64,000 bases of DNA from an uncultured delta proteobacterium (GTDB lineage: Bacteria; Myxococcota; Myxococcia; Myxococcales; Myxococcaceae). The stretch is from the NCBI GenBank assembly GCA_963713045.1, contig CAVQKE010000003.1:1056001-1120000 (forward strand). The letters are read 5' to 3'. Positions 19,462 through 28,351 of the stretch are shown piece by piece. Made by a program: the position numbers and the translations under genes. Below the pieces are notes generated by a model, which saw only the letters and a list, made by a program, of their open reading frames with translations, ran no database searches and was not told the origin of the DNA. Numbering within the stretch: position 1 is the first letter of the stretch; each line of letters starts with the position of its first letter.

Positions 19462-20511
19462 ATGCGCCGCCCCGCTCCTCGGGTACCCCGCAGCCACCCC
19501 ACCAAGCCGGAGCGGCTCGCCCGAGCGCGGCCCGCCCGCCCGGGGGCGGAGGAGTTGGCGTACGCCCGCGGGGTGCTCGACGCGGAAGCCGAAGCCATTG
19601 CCGGTGCCAAGCGGCGACTGGGACCAAGCTTCCTGCGCGTCTTGTCCCTGTTGCTCGAATGCCAAGGGCACGTGGTGGTGACGGGCCTTGGCAAGCCGGG
19701 CTTCATCGCCCAAAAGCTGTCTGCCACCTTCGCGTCCACCGGCATTCCCTCCCTCTACCTGCACCCAGCGGAGGCGATGCACGGGGACCTCGGCCGCGTC
19801 TCTCGAGGTGACGTCGTCCTCGCGCTGTCCAACAGCGGCGCGACCGAGGAGATTCTCCGCCTGGTCCCAGCCCTGCGCCGGATTGGGGCCAAGGTGGTGG
19901 CCATCACCGGAGACGGCACCTCGCCCTTGGCTCGCCTGTCCGACTTGGTGCTGGACGTTGGCAGCATTCCGGAGGCCTGTCCGCTGGGCCTGGTCCCGAC
20001 GGCCTCCTCGGCCGCGCTGCACGCCATTTCAGACGCCCTGGCGATGACGGCGCTCAAGTGCCGTCAGTTTTCAAGCGAGGAATACGCCCTCCTCCACCCG
20101 GGTGGGAAAATCGGCCGCAGCGTGATGCGCGTCTTCGAGGTGATGCGCGCCGGCACTTCCAACCCAGTGGTGCAGGCCACGGCGCCACTCTCCGAGGCGG
20201 TGGTGGTGATGACCAACACCCCCGGTCGCCCCGGCGCAGCCAATGTCGTCGACGCCACGGGGCAGCTGGTGGGGATTTTCACCGACGGGGACTTGCGCCG
20301 ACTGGTGGAGCGCGGGGCGAGCGACTTTGAGGTGGAGGTGAAGACGGTGATGGGGCCCCACCCGCGCTGCGTCTCGCCAGAGGATTTGGTCCTTACCGCG
20401 GCGACGCTGATGCGGGAAGCCCACGTCGACCAGCTTCCGGTGGTGGACGCCGAGGGCCGGCCGGTGGGCCTCATCGACGTGCAGGACGTGCTCGCCGCCC
20501 GACTGGCGTGA
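19462..20511 (+). CDS. kdsD: Arabinose-5-phosphate isomerase (KpsF/GutQ; SIS plus CBS pair)
   Basis: TGLGKPG, HPAEAMHGDLG, SNSG, PTASS, HPGG, GIFTDGDLRR. Confidence 0.92.
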   Translation: MRRPAPRVPRSHPTKPERLARARPARPGAEELAYARGVLDAEAEAIAGAKRRLGPSFLRVLSLLLECQGHVVVTGLGKPGFIAQKLSATFASTGIPSLYLHPAEAMHGDLGRVSRGDVVLALSNSGATEEILRLVPALRRIGAKVVAITGDGTSPLARLSDLVLDVGSIPEACPLGLVPTASSAALHAISDALAMTALKCRQFSSEEYALLHPGGKIGRSVMRVFEVMRAGTSNPVVQATAPLSEAVVVMTNTPGRPGAANVVDATGQLVGIFTDGDLRRLVERGASDFEVEVKTVMGPHPRCVSPEDLVLTAATLMREAHVDQLPVVDAEGRPVGLIDVQDVLAARLA

Positions 20512-20523
20512 GGGGCTCCGCCG

Positions 20524-22602
20524 CTATTCGAGGTCGAGCGCCTGGTAGGTTCCGGTGCGATCGAGCACCGTGCCCCACACCTTGTGTGAGCCCTGGTGCT
20601 CCGACGGCCCGAAGGAGAGCGCGGTCCCAAGCCCAAGGTCCAGTCCGTGGAGGTTCTCCAGCGCCTGCACCAGATGCTCGGTGGTGAGCGAGCGTCCGGT
20701 GCGGCGAAGCGCCTCCACCAGCAGTGTGCCGTCCACGTAGCCCTCGAGTGACACGAAGTCCGGCTTCTCGCCGGGGGCGTAGCGGGCGAGCGCTTCCTGG
20801 TAGCGCAGCACCGCCGTCGAGCGGGAAGTGGGAAGGGGCACCACCTGCGTCACGATGATGCCTTCGGCGAAGCGTGGCCCGAGCTGGACCAATTCTTCGG
20901 CCAGCGCCTCGCTGCCAACGAAGGAGACGTTGGTGAAAAGCATCGCCGGGCGCTGGGTGCGCACCTGTTCAATGAAGCGCGCCGCTGCCCGGTAGGTGGC
21001 CACCATGATGACCGCCTTGAGGCCCCGGCGTTCGAGGACGCGGGACACGGCGTTGGCCACGTCGGTGGTGTTGCGCTCGTAGGTAACCTTGAGGACTGCC
21101 GTCGGGTCCTTTCGAAGCTGCCGCAGCTTGCGTGCCACGCCCTGGAAGCCGGCGTCGCCGTAGCTGTCATTTTGGGCGAAGACGGCAATTTGGTCCGGTC
21201 GGAGGCGTCGCACTTCCACCAGGTAGCGGACAATGGCCGCCGTCTCCTCAAGGTAGCTCGCTCGGTAGTTGAAGACGGTGTGGTCCGGTGGGTCCCTGCG
21301 TAAGAGCGGCGCTCCGGTGAAAGGGGTGAAGAAGAGCATTCCGCGCCCCAGGGCGTACGGGAGGGCCACCACGGCAGTGGGTGTGCCGACATTTCCGACG
21401 AAGCCGAAGACGCCACGCTTTTCTGCAAGCTCCCGCATGACGTCCGCGGTGCGCGACGGCTCATACCCGTCGTCGAGGGCCACCAGCCGCAGCCGGCGTC
21501 CATCGACGCCGCCATCGGCGTTGGCGACCGCGAAGGCGGTCTCCAGGCCGACCTTCATTTGTCGGCCCAACTCCTTGGCGGTGCCGGTGAAGGGGGCGGC
21601 GATGCCGAAAAGCACCTCGGTATCCGAGACGCCTGGCGTCGGCGGCGGAGCCACCACCGGCGGCGGAGCCGGCAGGGTGAGGCTGGAGGAATTCGGCGGC
21701 CGGGCGGCCTCAGCCAGTCGCGGGGCACGGGTGGCCAGCCAGACCAGAAAAGCGCCCCCGCCCCCCAAGAAACACGCCCCGGCGACGGCAAGAAGCCAGC
21801 GCGTCCAACGCCCCGGAAGGGCCTCGCGGCGGATGCGCGAAAAGGGTGCCGTGGCCGGCGCGGGCCGCGGTCCGGAACCGGGCTCCACGCGGGGCCGAGC
21901 CGCCGCCGCGGGAGACACCGGGGCTGGCGGTGGCGTCGGAGAGCGTGCAATGCCAGCGCCAGAGGGCTGGCGCGGCGGTGCTGCGACAGCAGCCGGGCGT
22001 GCCGGCGTATGGCCCGCTTCGGGGTCGGCCTGCGTCGCGGTGGAGGCAGGCGTGCCACGCGCTGGGGTGCCCCGCTGCGGAGGCGCTCCGCCGGCCGGCG
22101 TCCCAGGCGAACCGCGGGCCGCTGGCACATTGGGTACGGTGCCCGTCACCCGAATGCCGGCTGGAGGCGTCGGGGCGCGCCCCCACGCGGCTGGTGTTGG
22201 AACATCGGCCCTCGCCGCGCCACGGCCCAGTGCGGCGGCCAGCGCGGGCGCCGCCGACTTCATCTCCACCGGCGCCTCGCCGCCGTCGCGCTGGCGCAGC
22301 TCGTCCATCACCAGCGCATTCCACGGCTCGTGCACGGTGCGGCGCTGGCTGCGGGCGCCCAGCTGCACCTGGTAGACGCCCTGAGTGAGCCGGCGCACGG
22401 CGCGGCGCACCGCCTCTGCCCCCTCCCGCCCGTCGAAGACGGCGTCCACCAGCACGCCCCCGTCGATGAAGAAGGTGCCGGTGGTTTCTACGCCCCGCTC
22501 GTCGGAGGCCCGCACCGACACGGCGGCCGTCTGCCCGCTCAAGCAGTAGAACTGCAGCAGGTCCGCGAAGAGAATGTCCTTGAAGTCCCCGGCCAGAGAC
22601 AT
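20524..22602 (-). CDS. DUF4388(PATAN-like)-Pro/Ala linker-TM-periplasmic type I binding-protein fusion
   Basis: N-terminal LAGDFKDILFADLLQ...GTFFIDGG; one TM helix (WLLAVAGAC...LVWL); C-terminal DDGYEP, GNVGTPT, NYRASY, QNDSYG, VSLEGY. Confidence 0.8.
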   Translation of the reverse strand: MSLAGDFKDILFADLLQFYCLSGQTAAVSVRASDERGVETTGTFFIDGGVLVDAVFDGREGAEAVRRAVRRLTQGVYQVQLGARSQRRTVHEPWNALVMDELRQRDGGEAPVEMKSAAPALAAALGRGAARADVPTPAAWGRAPTPPAGIRVTGTVPNVPAARGSPGTPAGGAPPQRGTPARGTPASTATQADPEAGHTPARPAAVAAPPRQPSGAGIARSPTPPPAPVSPAAAARPRVEPGSGPRPAPATAPFSRIRREALPGRWTRWLLAVAGACFLGGGGAFLVWLATRAPRLAEAARPPNSSSLTLPAPPPVVAPPPTPGVSDTEVLFGIAAPFTGTAKELGRQMKVGLETAFAVANADGGVDGRRLRLVALDDGYEPSRTADVMRELAEKRGVFGFVGNVGTPTAVVALPYALGRGMLFFTPFTGAPLLRRDPPDHTVFNYRASYLEETAAIVRYLVEVRRLRPDQIAVFAQNDSYGDAGFQGVARKLRQLRKDPTAVLKVTYERNTTDVANAVSRVLERRGLKAVIMVATYRAAARFIEQVRTQRPAMLFTNVSFVGSEALAEELVQLGPRFAEGIIVTQVVPLPTSRSTAVLRYQEALARYAPGEKPDFVSLEGYVDGTLLVEALRRTGRSLTTEHLVQALENLHGLDLGLGTALSFGPSEHQGSHKVWGTVLDRTGTYQALDLE

Positions 22603-22697
22603 GGATTCGCACTTCCCCTGACTGGCCGGCCCTTGGGGCTTGGGTCAGCGCGTCGACGAACCAGTCTAGTCTGACCAAGCAGGCCGACAAATTCACT

Positions 22698-23252
22698 CTA
22701 CCGCTCCAGCAGCGGCTGCTTCACCACCAGGAAGCGGGCCTCCGGGCAGCCCAAGTCCAGCGTCTGCACCATGGCCGGCGCCTCTACAGCGGCGGCCGCT
22801 CGCTCGGCAGCCTTGAGGATGACGGACGCCGAGAGCGGAGTGTTGCAAAGGACGGCCAAGAACAGTTCGGGCCCAGGCACGCCGTCCAGCTGCTGCTCGC
22901 CGACGCTGGAGGTTCCGGCCGACAGTCGCGGCGGCGCGCCGGAGCTCGGGACGTAGAGAGTCGCGCGGCCCTCGGCGTTGAGGCCCACCAGCACCAGCGA
23001 CGCCGGCTGCACCACCCGCACCGCGAAGCGCACCCGGGCTCGGGCTGGCACCGAAGCCTCCGGACTGACACTGACCCAACCCTCGCCTTGGGCGCGCTGC
23101 AACAGCAGCGCTCCGCCGGCCCGACCGCGGCCTGCAAACAGCGCTGGCAGCTGCCACACCGTTGCATACAGCAGCGCCGCCCCAAGCAATCCCAGAAGCG
23201 GAAGCCAGCGGCGCCAGCGCCGCGACTGCTTTTCTGCGGCAGGGGGCGACAT
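22698..23252 (-). CDS. Membrane-anchored hypothetical protein (ActD-like/DUF4384-like beta domain)
   Basis: N-terminal basic stretch plus TM helix; RVRFAV...LDGVPGPELFLAVLC pattern; Cys pair. Confidence 0.55.
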   Translation of the reverse strand: MSPPAAEKQSRRWRRWLPLLGLLGAALLYATVWQLPALFAGRGRAGGALLLQRAQGEGWVSVSPEASVPARARVRFAVRVVQPASLVLVGLNAEGRATLYVPSSGAPPRLSAGTSSVGEQQLDGVPGPELFLAVLCNTPLSASVILKAAERAAAAVEAPAMVQTLDLGCPEARFLVVKQPLLER

Positions 23253-23362
23253 GCACCCTTCTGGCCCGAGGCGGCTCGGCTGAGCAAGGCCCCATGGAAG
23301 AATCGCGCTGGAGCGGAGTCACTTCGTCCGCAGGCGCGTCGCGAGTACATTGGACGCTGCAC

Positions 23363-24703
23363 GTGGATGTCGTCCTCTCTTCGGCCTCGCTCTACGGTCG
23401 GCTCGGCCTGCACCGTTTCTCCTCGCTGCGAGCCTTCCGGCACCGGAATTATCGACGCTTCTGGCTCGGCGCCTTCGTCTCCAACGTCGGCACGTGGATG
23501 GAAACCATTGCCGTCGGCGTCTGGGTGACGCAGACCACCGGTCGGGGGGGTTGGACAGCAACGGTGGCGGCGTTGGTGTACCTGCCGGCGCTGGTGCTCG
23601 GGCCTCTGGGCGGTGCCGTCGCCGACCGCACGGACCGCCGTCAACTCTTCGGCTGGCTCACCTGGGCCCAGCTTCTGCTGGCGGCCACGCTGGCCGCGCT
23701 GGCCCTGTGGGGGCGGCTTTCCTTGCCAGCCGTTTCGGTGCTGGCCTTCCTTGCCGGGTGCGCCAACGCCCTGCTCGCCCCCGTTTCTTCGGCACTCCTC
23801 TCGGAGCTGGTCCCTCGGGAGGACCTGCTCTCGGCCGTCAGCCTGTCCTCGGCCCAGTACAACCTCGGCCGGATTGTCGGCCCGGGCCTCGCCGCGGTGG
23901 CGATGGCAGTCGGAGGCCTCGGGGCGGCCTTCGCGTTGAATGCACTCAGCTTCGTTGCGGTGATGGTGGCAGTGGCGACGGTGCAGCTGCCTCCGCCCGA
24001 GGTCCGCCCGAAGGGACATCTGTGGGCTGAAATTCGCACCGGCCTGCGCGTGGCACACGAGGACGCAGGCATCCGCACTGCGCTGTGGCTGACCTTCGCG
24101 GTGGGTGCGCTGGTGGCCCCCTTCATCGGCTTGCTTCCGGTGTTCGCCATCCAGGGACTGGCCCGGGGCGCCTCGGGGACGTCGGTGTTGGCCACCGCCC
24201 AGGGCGTCGGTGCGGTGGGCGCTGCCTTGCTGGCCGGCTCCCTGGCTGACGCCTGGGGGCGCCAACGCCTGTTGGCCCGCGCTTCGGCGGCGCTGTGCGT
24301 GTGGGCTTGCCTCTATTGGATGTCCCCCAGCTTTCCGGTGGCGGTGCTGGCCATTGCCCTGCTCGGCGCGGCCTACCTCACCACCCTCAGCACCCTCAGC
24401 AGCATTTGCCTCAGCCGCGTCTCGCGCCTGCTGCAGGCGCGCGTGGCCAGTCTCTATGGGTTGGTGCTTTCCACCAGCTACGCGCTGGGCCTGTTGGCGC
24501 TGGGCTGGGCCGGGGACCGCTTTGGCCTACGTCAGGTGGGAGTGGCCGCGGCGCTGGTGTGTCTCGCCGCGGTGGTGGCTCTCAAACTCCGCGGACACTT
24601 CTCCGGCGTGGATGGGCCGGCGCGGTTCTTGGGGACGCCGACGCCCCTGGTGCGGCTGCCGCATGTCCCCGGGCCGGACCCCGTCGAGGACGCGCGCAGC
24701 TGA
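23363..24703 (+). CDS. MFS transporter (MFS_3/H+ antiporter-like)
   Basis: RNYRRFWLGAFVSNVGTWM, GAVADRTDRR motif A, NLGRIVGP; start approximate. Confidence 0.9.
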   Translation: MDVVLSSASLYGRLGLHRFSSLRAFRHRNYRRFWLGAFVSNVGTWMETIAVGVWVTQTTGRGGWTATVAALVYLPALVLGPLGGAVADRTDRRQLFGWLTWAQLLLAATLAALALWGRLSLPAVSVLAFLAGCANALLAPVSSALLSELVPREDLLSAVSLSSAQYNLGRIVGPGLAAVAMAVGGLGAAFALNALSFVAVMVAVATVQLPPPEVRPKGHLWAEIRTGLRVAHEDAGIRTALWLTFAVGALVAPFIGLLPVFAIQGLARGASGTSVLATAQGVGAVGAALLAGSLADAWGRQRLLARASAALCVWACLYWMSPSFPVAVLAIALLGAAYLTTLSTLSSICLSRVSRLLQARVASLYGLVLSTSYALGLLALGWAGDRFGLRQVGVAAALVCLAAVVALKLRGHFSGVDGPARFLGTPTPLVRLPHVPGPDPVEDARS

Positions 24704-24727
24704 GCGGCCCCTCCCCGGGGTTTGCCG

Positions 24728-26098
24728 CTAGTGCAGCTTCTTTTGAAGGTTGGCCTTCTGGGCGTAGGCCGGTGAGGTGGCCGCAAGCTTCGCCCACAGC
24801 GCTTGGGCGTCCTTGGTGTTGCCCTCCTTGGCCAAGAAGTCCCCCAGCGTGTCCACCGCCTGGGGGTCCGCATCCACGGCGACGCTCCACACCCGCTCGG
24901 CCATCGGCTGCCGGTTGAGGCCCACCAGGGCCCAGGCCATGCCCGCCTTGGCTCGACCGTTGTCCGGCTGGAAGGGCACCACCCGTCGGTAGGCCTCCAG
25001 CGCCTTCTGGTACTCACCCTTGCTGAGGGCTTGCTCTCCCTGCAGGACGAGGTCTGCCAACCCCTTCTCCAGCTCGGGCGTCCGCTCGGTGTTGCGGATG
25101 GCCTCCACCGTCTCCGGGTTGAGGGCGGGAAGCGTGCCTGGCGCGGGGGCCACTCCAGCAGCTGGCGCCTGCTTGGGATGGGCGGCGGCATACTTGGTGA
25201 ATCCGCCAGCGCGCAGCAGCTCCTCGGTCCGGGCGAGAAGCGCCCGGGCCTGCGGCGATTGCGGGAGGTCGGGCCAGCGGGCCAACAGCTGGGTGAGGTC
25301 CCGCTTCACGGCGCGCAGCGCCGCAACGTCATCCGGGCGGCTGTCGAAGGTAACCCCCGCCCGCCCGTAAAGCGCCAAGGGCTGAAGCGGGTCCACCTCC
25401 AGCGCCCAGTTGTAAGCCTCGAGTGCGCCGGGCACGTCGGCAGCAAGGAAGAGGGCGTTGCCCAACAACGCACTGGCCTCGAGTGCCGGGTCCAACGCCT
25501 GCAGGGCGCATGCGGCCGCGGCGGCATGCTGCTTGGCCGCAGCCCGCGCCCGAGCGGCCGCCTCCCCGGCACCGAGCGCAGCCGTGACCGGTGGACAGCC
25601 GACCGACGCGGCGTCGGGCAGCTTTCCCTTCACCTCACGACGCTCGGCCAGGAAGAGGGCTCTCAGCGCACCGGCGCTGGCTTGGCTCTGCCGCAGGTAC
25701 ACCACCGCGTCGGCGTAACGTCCCTGGCTGAAGTACAGCTTCCCCACCGAGGCAGCCACTTCGAAGGGCTTGGGGCGCGTCTTGAGGTCCGGCGTGGCGT
25801 CCAGCTGCTGGAGGATGTCGCCCGCACTCGGCGCTTGCCCCCGGCCCGAAATGTCTGGGTGGCCGGGGGGCAGAGAGGGCGAAGGGCCGGCCAGCGGCCC
25901 GGTGTCCGGCGCCGTCGAGAGGGGGGGATGGCCGGGCGGTAGGCCATTCGTGCGCGGCGCCGAGATGGGAGGGTGGCCAGGGGGGAGGCTGGGCGCCGTG
26001 CCCTGGGGCGCGACGCCGCCGTCCGAGATGGCAGGGTGGCCTGGGGGAAGGGCGACGTCCGAGCCGAGGAGGACGAGGAGGAGGGCGGGGGCGAGCAT
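24728..26098 (-). CDS. Exported TPR protein with four LPPGHP repeats
   Basis: Signal peptide MLAPALLLVLLG; TPR-like helices (GKLYFSQGRYADA, ALEAYNWALEVDP, ALEAYRRVVPFQP). Confidence 0.8.
   Translation of the reverse strand: MLAPALLLVLLGSDVALPPGHPAISDGGVAPQGTAPSLPPGHPPISAPRTNGLPPGHPPLSTAPDTGPLAGPSPSLPPGHPDISGRGQAPSAGDILQQLDATPDLKTRPKPFEVAASVGKLYFSQGRYADAVVYLRQSQASAGALRALFLAERREVKGKLPDAASVGCPPVTAALGAGEAAARARAAAKQHAAAAACALQALDPALEASALLGNALFLAADVPGALEAYNWALEVDPLQPLALYGRAGVTFDSRPDDVAALRAVKRDLTQLLARWPDLPQSPQARALLARTEELLRAGGFTKYAAAHPKQAPAAGVAPAPGTLPALNPETVEAIRNTERTPELEKGLADLVLQGEQALSKGEYQKALEAYRRVVPFQPDNGRAKAGMAWALVGLNRQPMAERVWSVAVDADPQAVDTLGDFLAKEGNTKDAQALWAKLAATSPAYAQKANLQKKLH
25849..26050 (-). 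repeat. Four protein-level repeats LPPGHPx(I/L)S
   Basis: LPPGHPAIS, LPPGHPPIS, LPPGHPPLS, LPPGHPDIS with divergent DNA and spacers. Confidence 0.85.
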
Positions 26099-26111
26099 CA
26101 CGGGGAAATTT

Positions 26112-26630
26112 TCAAAGGGGTGGCGCCTCTTGGACGGGAAGGACGTCGGCCGGGGGGAGCAAGGCAAGCATCTCCCGGACGCTGAGGCCAAGCACTGGGT
26201 GGCGAGCCCCCGGCGCCAGCTCGGCCAGCGGCTCCAGGACAAAGCGGCGTCGGTGCATTTCGGCGTGCGGGATTTGGAAGTCCGGCTCAGCGAGGATGCG
26301 CTCGCCCCACAGCAGCACGTCGAGGTCCACGGTGCGTGGCTGGCCAAGGCCTTTGGCGGTGCGCCCCAGCCGTCGCTCCACCGTTTGTAAAAGCCCAAGC
26401 AGCCGACGCGGCGGAAGCGCAGTTTCTAACTCCGCCACCGCGTTGAGGTAGCGGGGCTGAGGCAAACCCACCGCCAGGGTGTCATACAGGCCGGACTGCC
26501 GCAGCACGGTCACGCCCTTCAGCTCCCGCAGGGCGGCAACTGCCGCGGCGAGGTTGGCCTCGCGATTTCCAAGGTTGGAGCCCAGCCCGACGTACACCAA
26601 CTCCGCGCCCGCTGCCGACGAGGCCCTCAT
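26112..26630 (-). CDS. folK: 2-amino-4-hydroxy-6-hydroxymethyldihydropteridine diphosphokinase
   Basis: VGLGSNLG, YLNAV, PRTVDLDVL, IPH...RRFVLEPL. Confidence 0.96.
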   Translation of the reverse strand: MRASSAAGAELVYVGLGSNLGNREANLAAAVAALRELKGVTVLRQSGLYDTLAVGLPQPRYLNAVAELETALPPRRLLGLLQTVERRLGRTAKGLGQPRTVDLDVLLWGERILAEPDFQIPHAEMHRRRFVLEPLAELAPGARHPVLGLSVREMLALLPPADVLPVQEAPPL

Positions 26631-27433
26631 AGCCCGAGGACGTCCTGCATGCTGTACAGCCCGGGCTCCTGGGCGCAGACCCAGGCCGCGGCCCGGACCG
26701 CCCCGCGGGCGAACTGCTCCCGGCTGCTGGCCCGGTGGGTCACTTCGATGCGTTCCCCGTCGGAGAGAAAGTAGGCGGTGTGCTCGCCCACCACGTCTCC
26801 GCCGCGCAGCGTCTGCACCCCGATTTCGCTCGGGGTTCGTGGCCCGACTTCCCCCGCCCGGGCCAGACGAAAGACGGACGCGTCGCGCCCCGCGGCCCGG
26901 GCCAGCACTTCCGCCAGGCGGAGCGCTGTCCCGCTCGGCGCGTCACGTTTCTGCCGGTGGTGCAGCTCGAGCACCTCCACGTCCCAACCCTCGCCCAGCA
27001 CGCGCACCAAATGCACCGCCACGTCGAACAGAACGTTGATGCCCACCGACATGTTGGGGGAAAGGACCACCGCCGTCGAGCGGGAAGCCCGGTCGAGGCG
27101 CTCCCGCACCGCCCCGGACAGGCCGGTGGTGCCCACCACCAGCGCCGCCCCGCCTTGGGCACAGACGTCGGCCCATTGCGCGGTGGCATCGGGATGAGAG
27201 AAGTCGATGACGACTTCTGGCCGCACCTTGGCGAAGGCCGCCTCCACGTCCTCGAAGAGAGGGACGCCGAGGGGCCCCACGCCGGCCAGCACCCCAGCAT
27301 CCTGCCGACCGAGGCCGCTGCCTGGCCGCACCGTGCCGCCCACCAGGCTGAAGCGGACGTCTTCGCGCACTGCGCGCAACAGGGCCAACCCCATGCGACC
27401 AGAAATTCCCGAGAGAAGGACGCGCCGGGGCAT
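26627..27433 (-). CDS. dapB: 4-hydroxy-tetrahydrodipicolinate reductase
   Basis: GISGRMG, IDFS, VGTTG, ELHHRQKRDAPSGTA. Confidence 0.97.
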   Translation of the reverse strand: MPRRVLLSGISGRMGLALLRAVREDVRFSLVGGTVRPGSGLGRQDAGVLAGVGPLGVPLFEDVEAAFAKVRPEVVIDFSHPDATAQWADVCAQGGAALVVGTTGLSGAVRERLDRASRSTAVVLSPNMSVGINVLFDVAVHLVRVLGEGWDVEVLELHHRQKRDAPSGTALRLAEVLARAAGRDASVFRLARAGEVGPRTPSEIGVQTLRGGDVVGEHTAYFLSDGERIEVTHRASSREQFARGAVRAAAWVCAQEPGLYSMQDVLGL

Positions 27434-27437
27434 GCCC

Positions 27438-28325
27438 TTAATCCCGGAGCAGCCCGAGCCGACGGAGCTCGGCGGCCAGCGCGCCGGCGTGCGGCTCACC
27501 GAGGGGGACCAGGGGCAGGCGAAGCTCGGGAGAGAAGCGCCACAGCAGGTGCAGCCCCCACTTCACCGGGATGGGGTTGGGCTCCACGAAGAGGAGCCGG
27601 TGCAACGCGTTGAGTTGCACTTGGAGGTCTCGCGCCCGGGGGCGGTCTCCGGCTCGCGCTGCCGCCACCAGGTCCGCCATTTTGCGGGGCGCGACGTTGG
27701 AGGAGACGGAGATGACGCCCTCCCCACCCACCGCGATGAAGGCAGCCACGGTGAAGTCGTCCCCAGACAAAAGCGTCAAGCGGTCTCCGCACTTCTCGCG
27801 GATGTCCACCGCTCGGACCAGGCTGCCGGTGGCCTCCTTCAGCGCCACCACCTCGGGCAAGTCACACAGGCGAAGGCAAGTCTCCGGCAGCAAGTCGCAC
27901 CCGGTGCGTCCGGGCACGTTGTAGGGCACCAGCGGGAAACCCGGGTGGGCGCGGGCGCAGGCGCGGTAGTGCTCGAAGAGTCCAGCCTGGTTGGGCTTGT
28001 TGTAGTAGGGCGTCACCACCAGCGCCGCGTCCGCGCCTGCCTCGCGCACCTGGGCGATGGACTCAATGGTGGCCTGGGTGGAGTTGCTGCCGGCGCCAGC
28101 CACCACTGGGACACGGGCCCGGGCCGTTTCCACCGCGACCCGCACCACCCGCGCCCGTTCGGCGCTGGACAACGTCACAGCCTCCCCGGTGGTGCCCACC
28201 GGCACCAGCCCCGAGGTGCCTTGCTGGAGCTGGTCCGCGATGAGGGTCCGGTACGCCTCCTCGTCAAAGCGCCCCTCGCGGAAGGGAGTGGCGAGCGCGG
28301 TGAGGGAGCCTTGGAGGTTGAACAT
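27438..28325 (-). CDS. dapA: 4-hydroxy-tetrahydrodipicolinate synthase
   Basis: GTTGE, PYYNKP, YNVPGRT, LKEATG, SGDD. Confidence 0.97.
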   Translation of the reverse strand: MFNLQGSLTALATPFREGRFDEEAYRTLIADQLQQGTSGLVPVGTTGEAVTLSSAERARVVRVAVETARARVPVVAGAGSNSTQATIESIAQVREAGADAALVVTPYYNKPNQAGLFEHYRACARAHPGFPLVPYNVPGRTGCDLLPETCLRLCDLPEVVALKEATGSLVRAVDIREKCGDRLTLLSGDDFTVAAFIAVGGEGVISVSSNVAPRKMADLVAAARAGDRPRARDLQVQLNALHRLLFVEPNPIPVKWGLHLLWRFSPELRLPLVPLGEPHAGALAAELRRLGLLRD

Positions 28326-28351
28326 GGCCTCAGTTTCTTCTCGACGGCACC

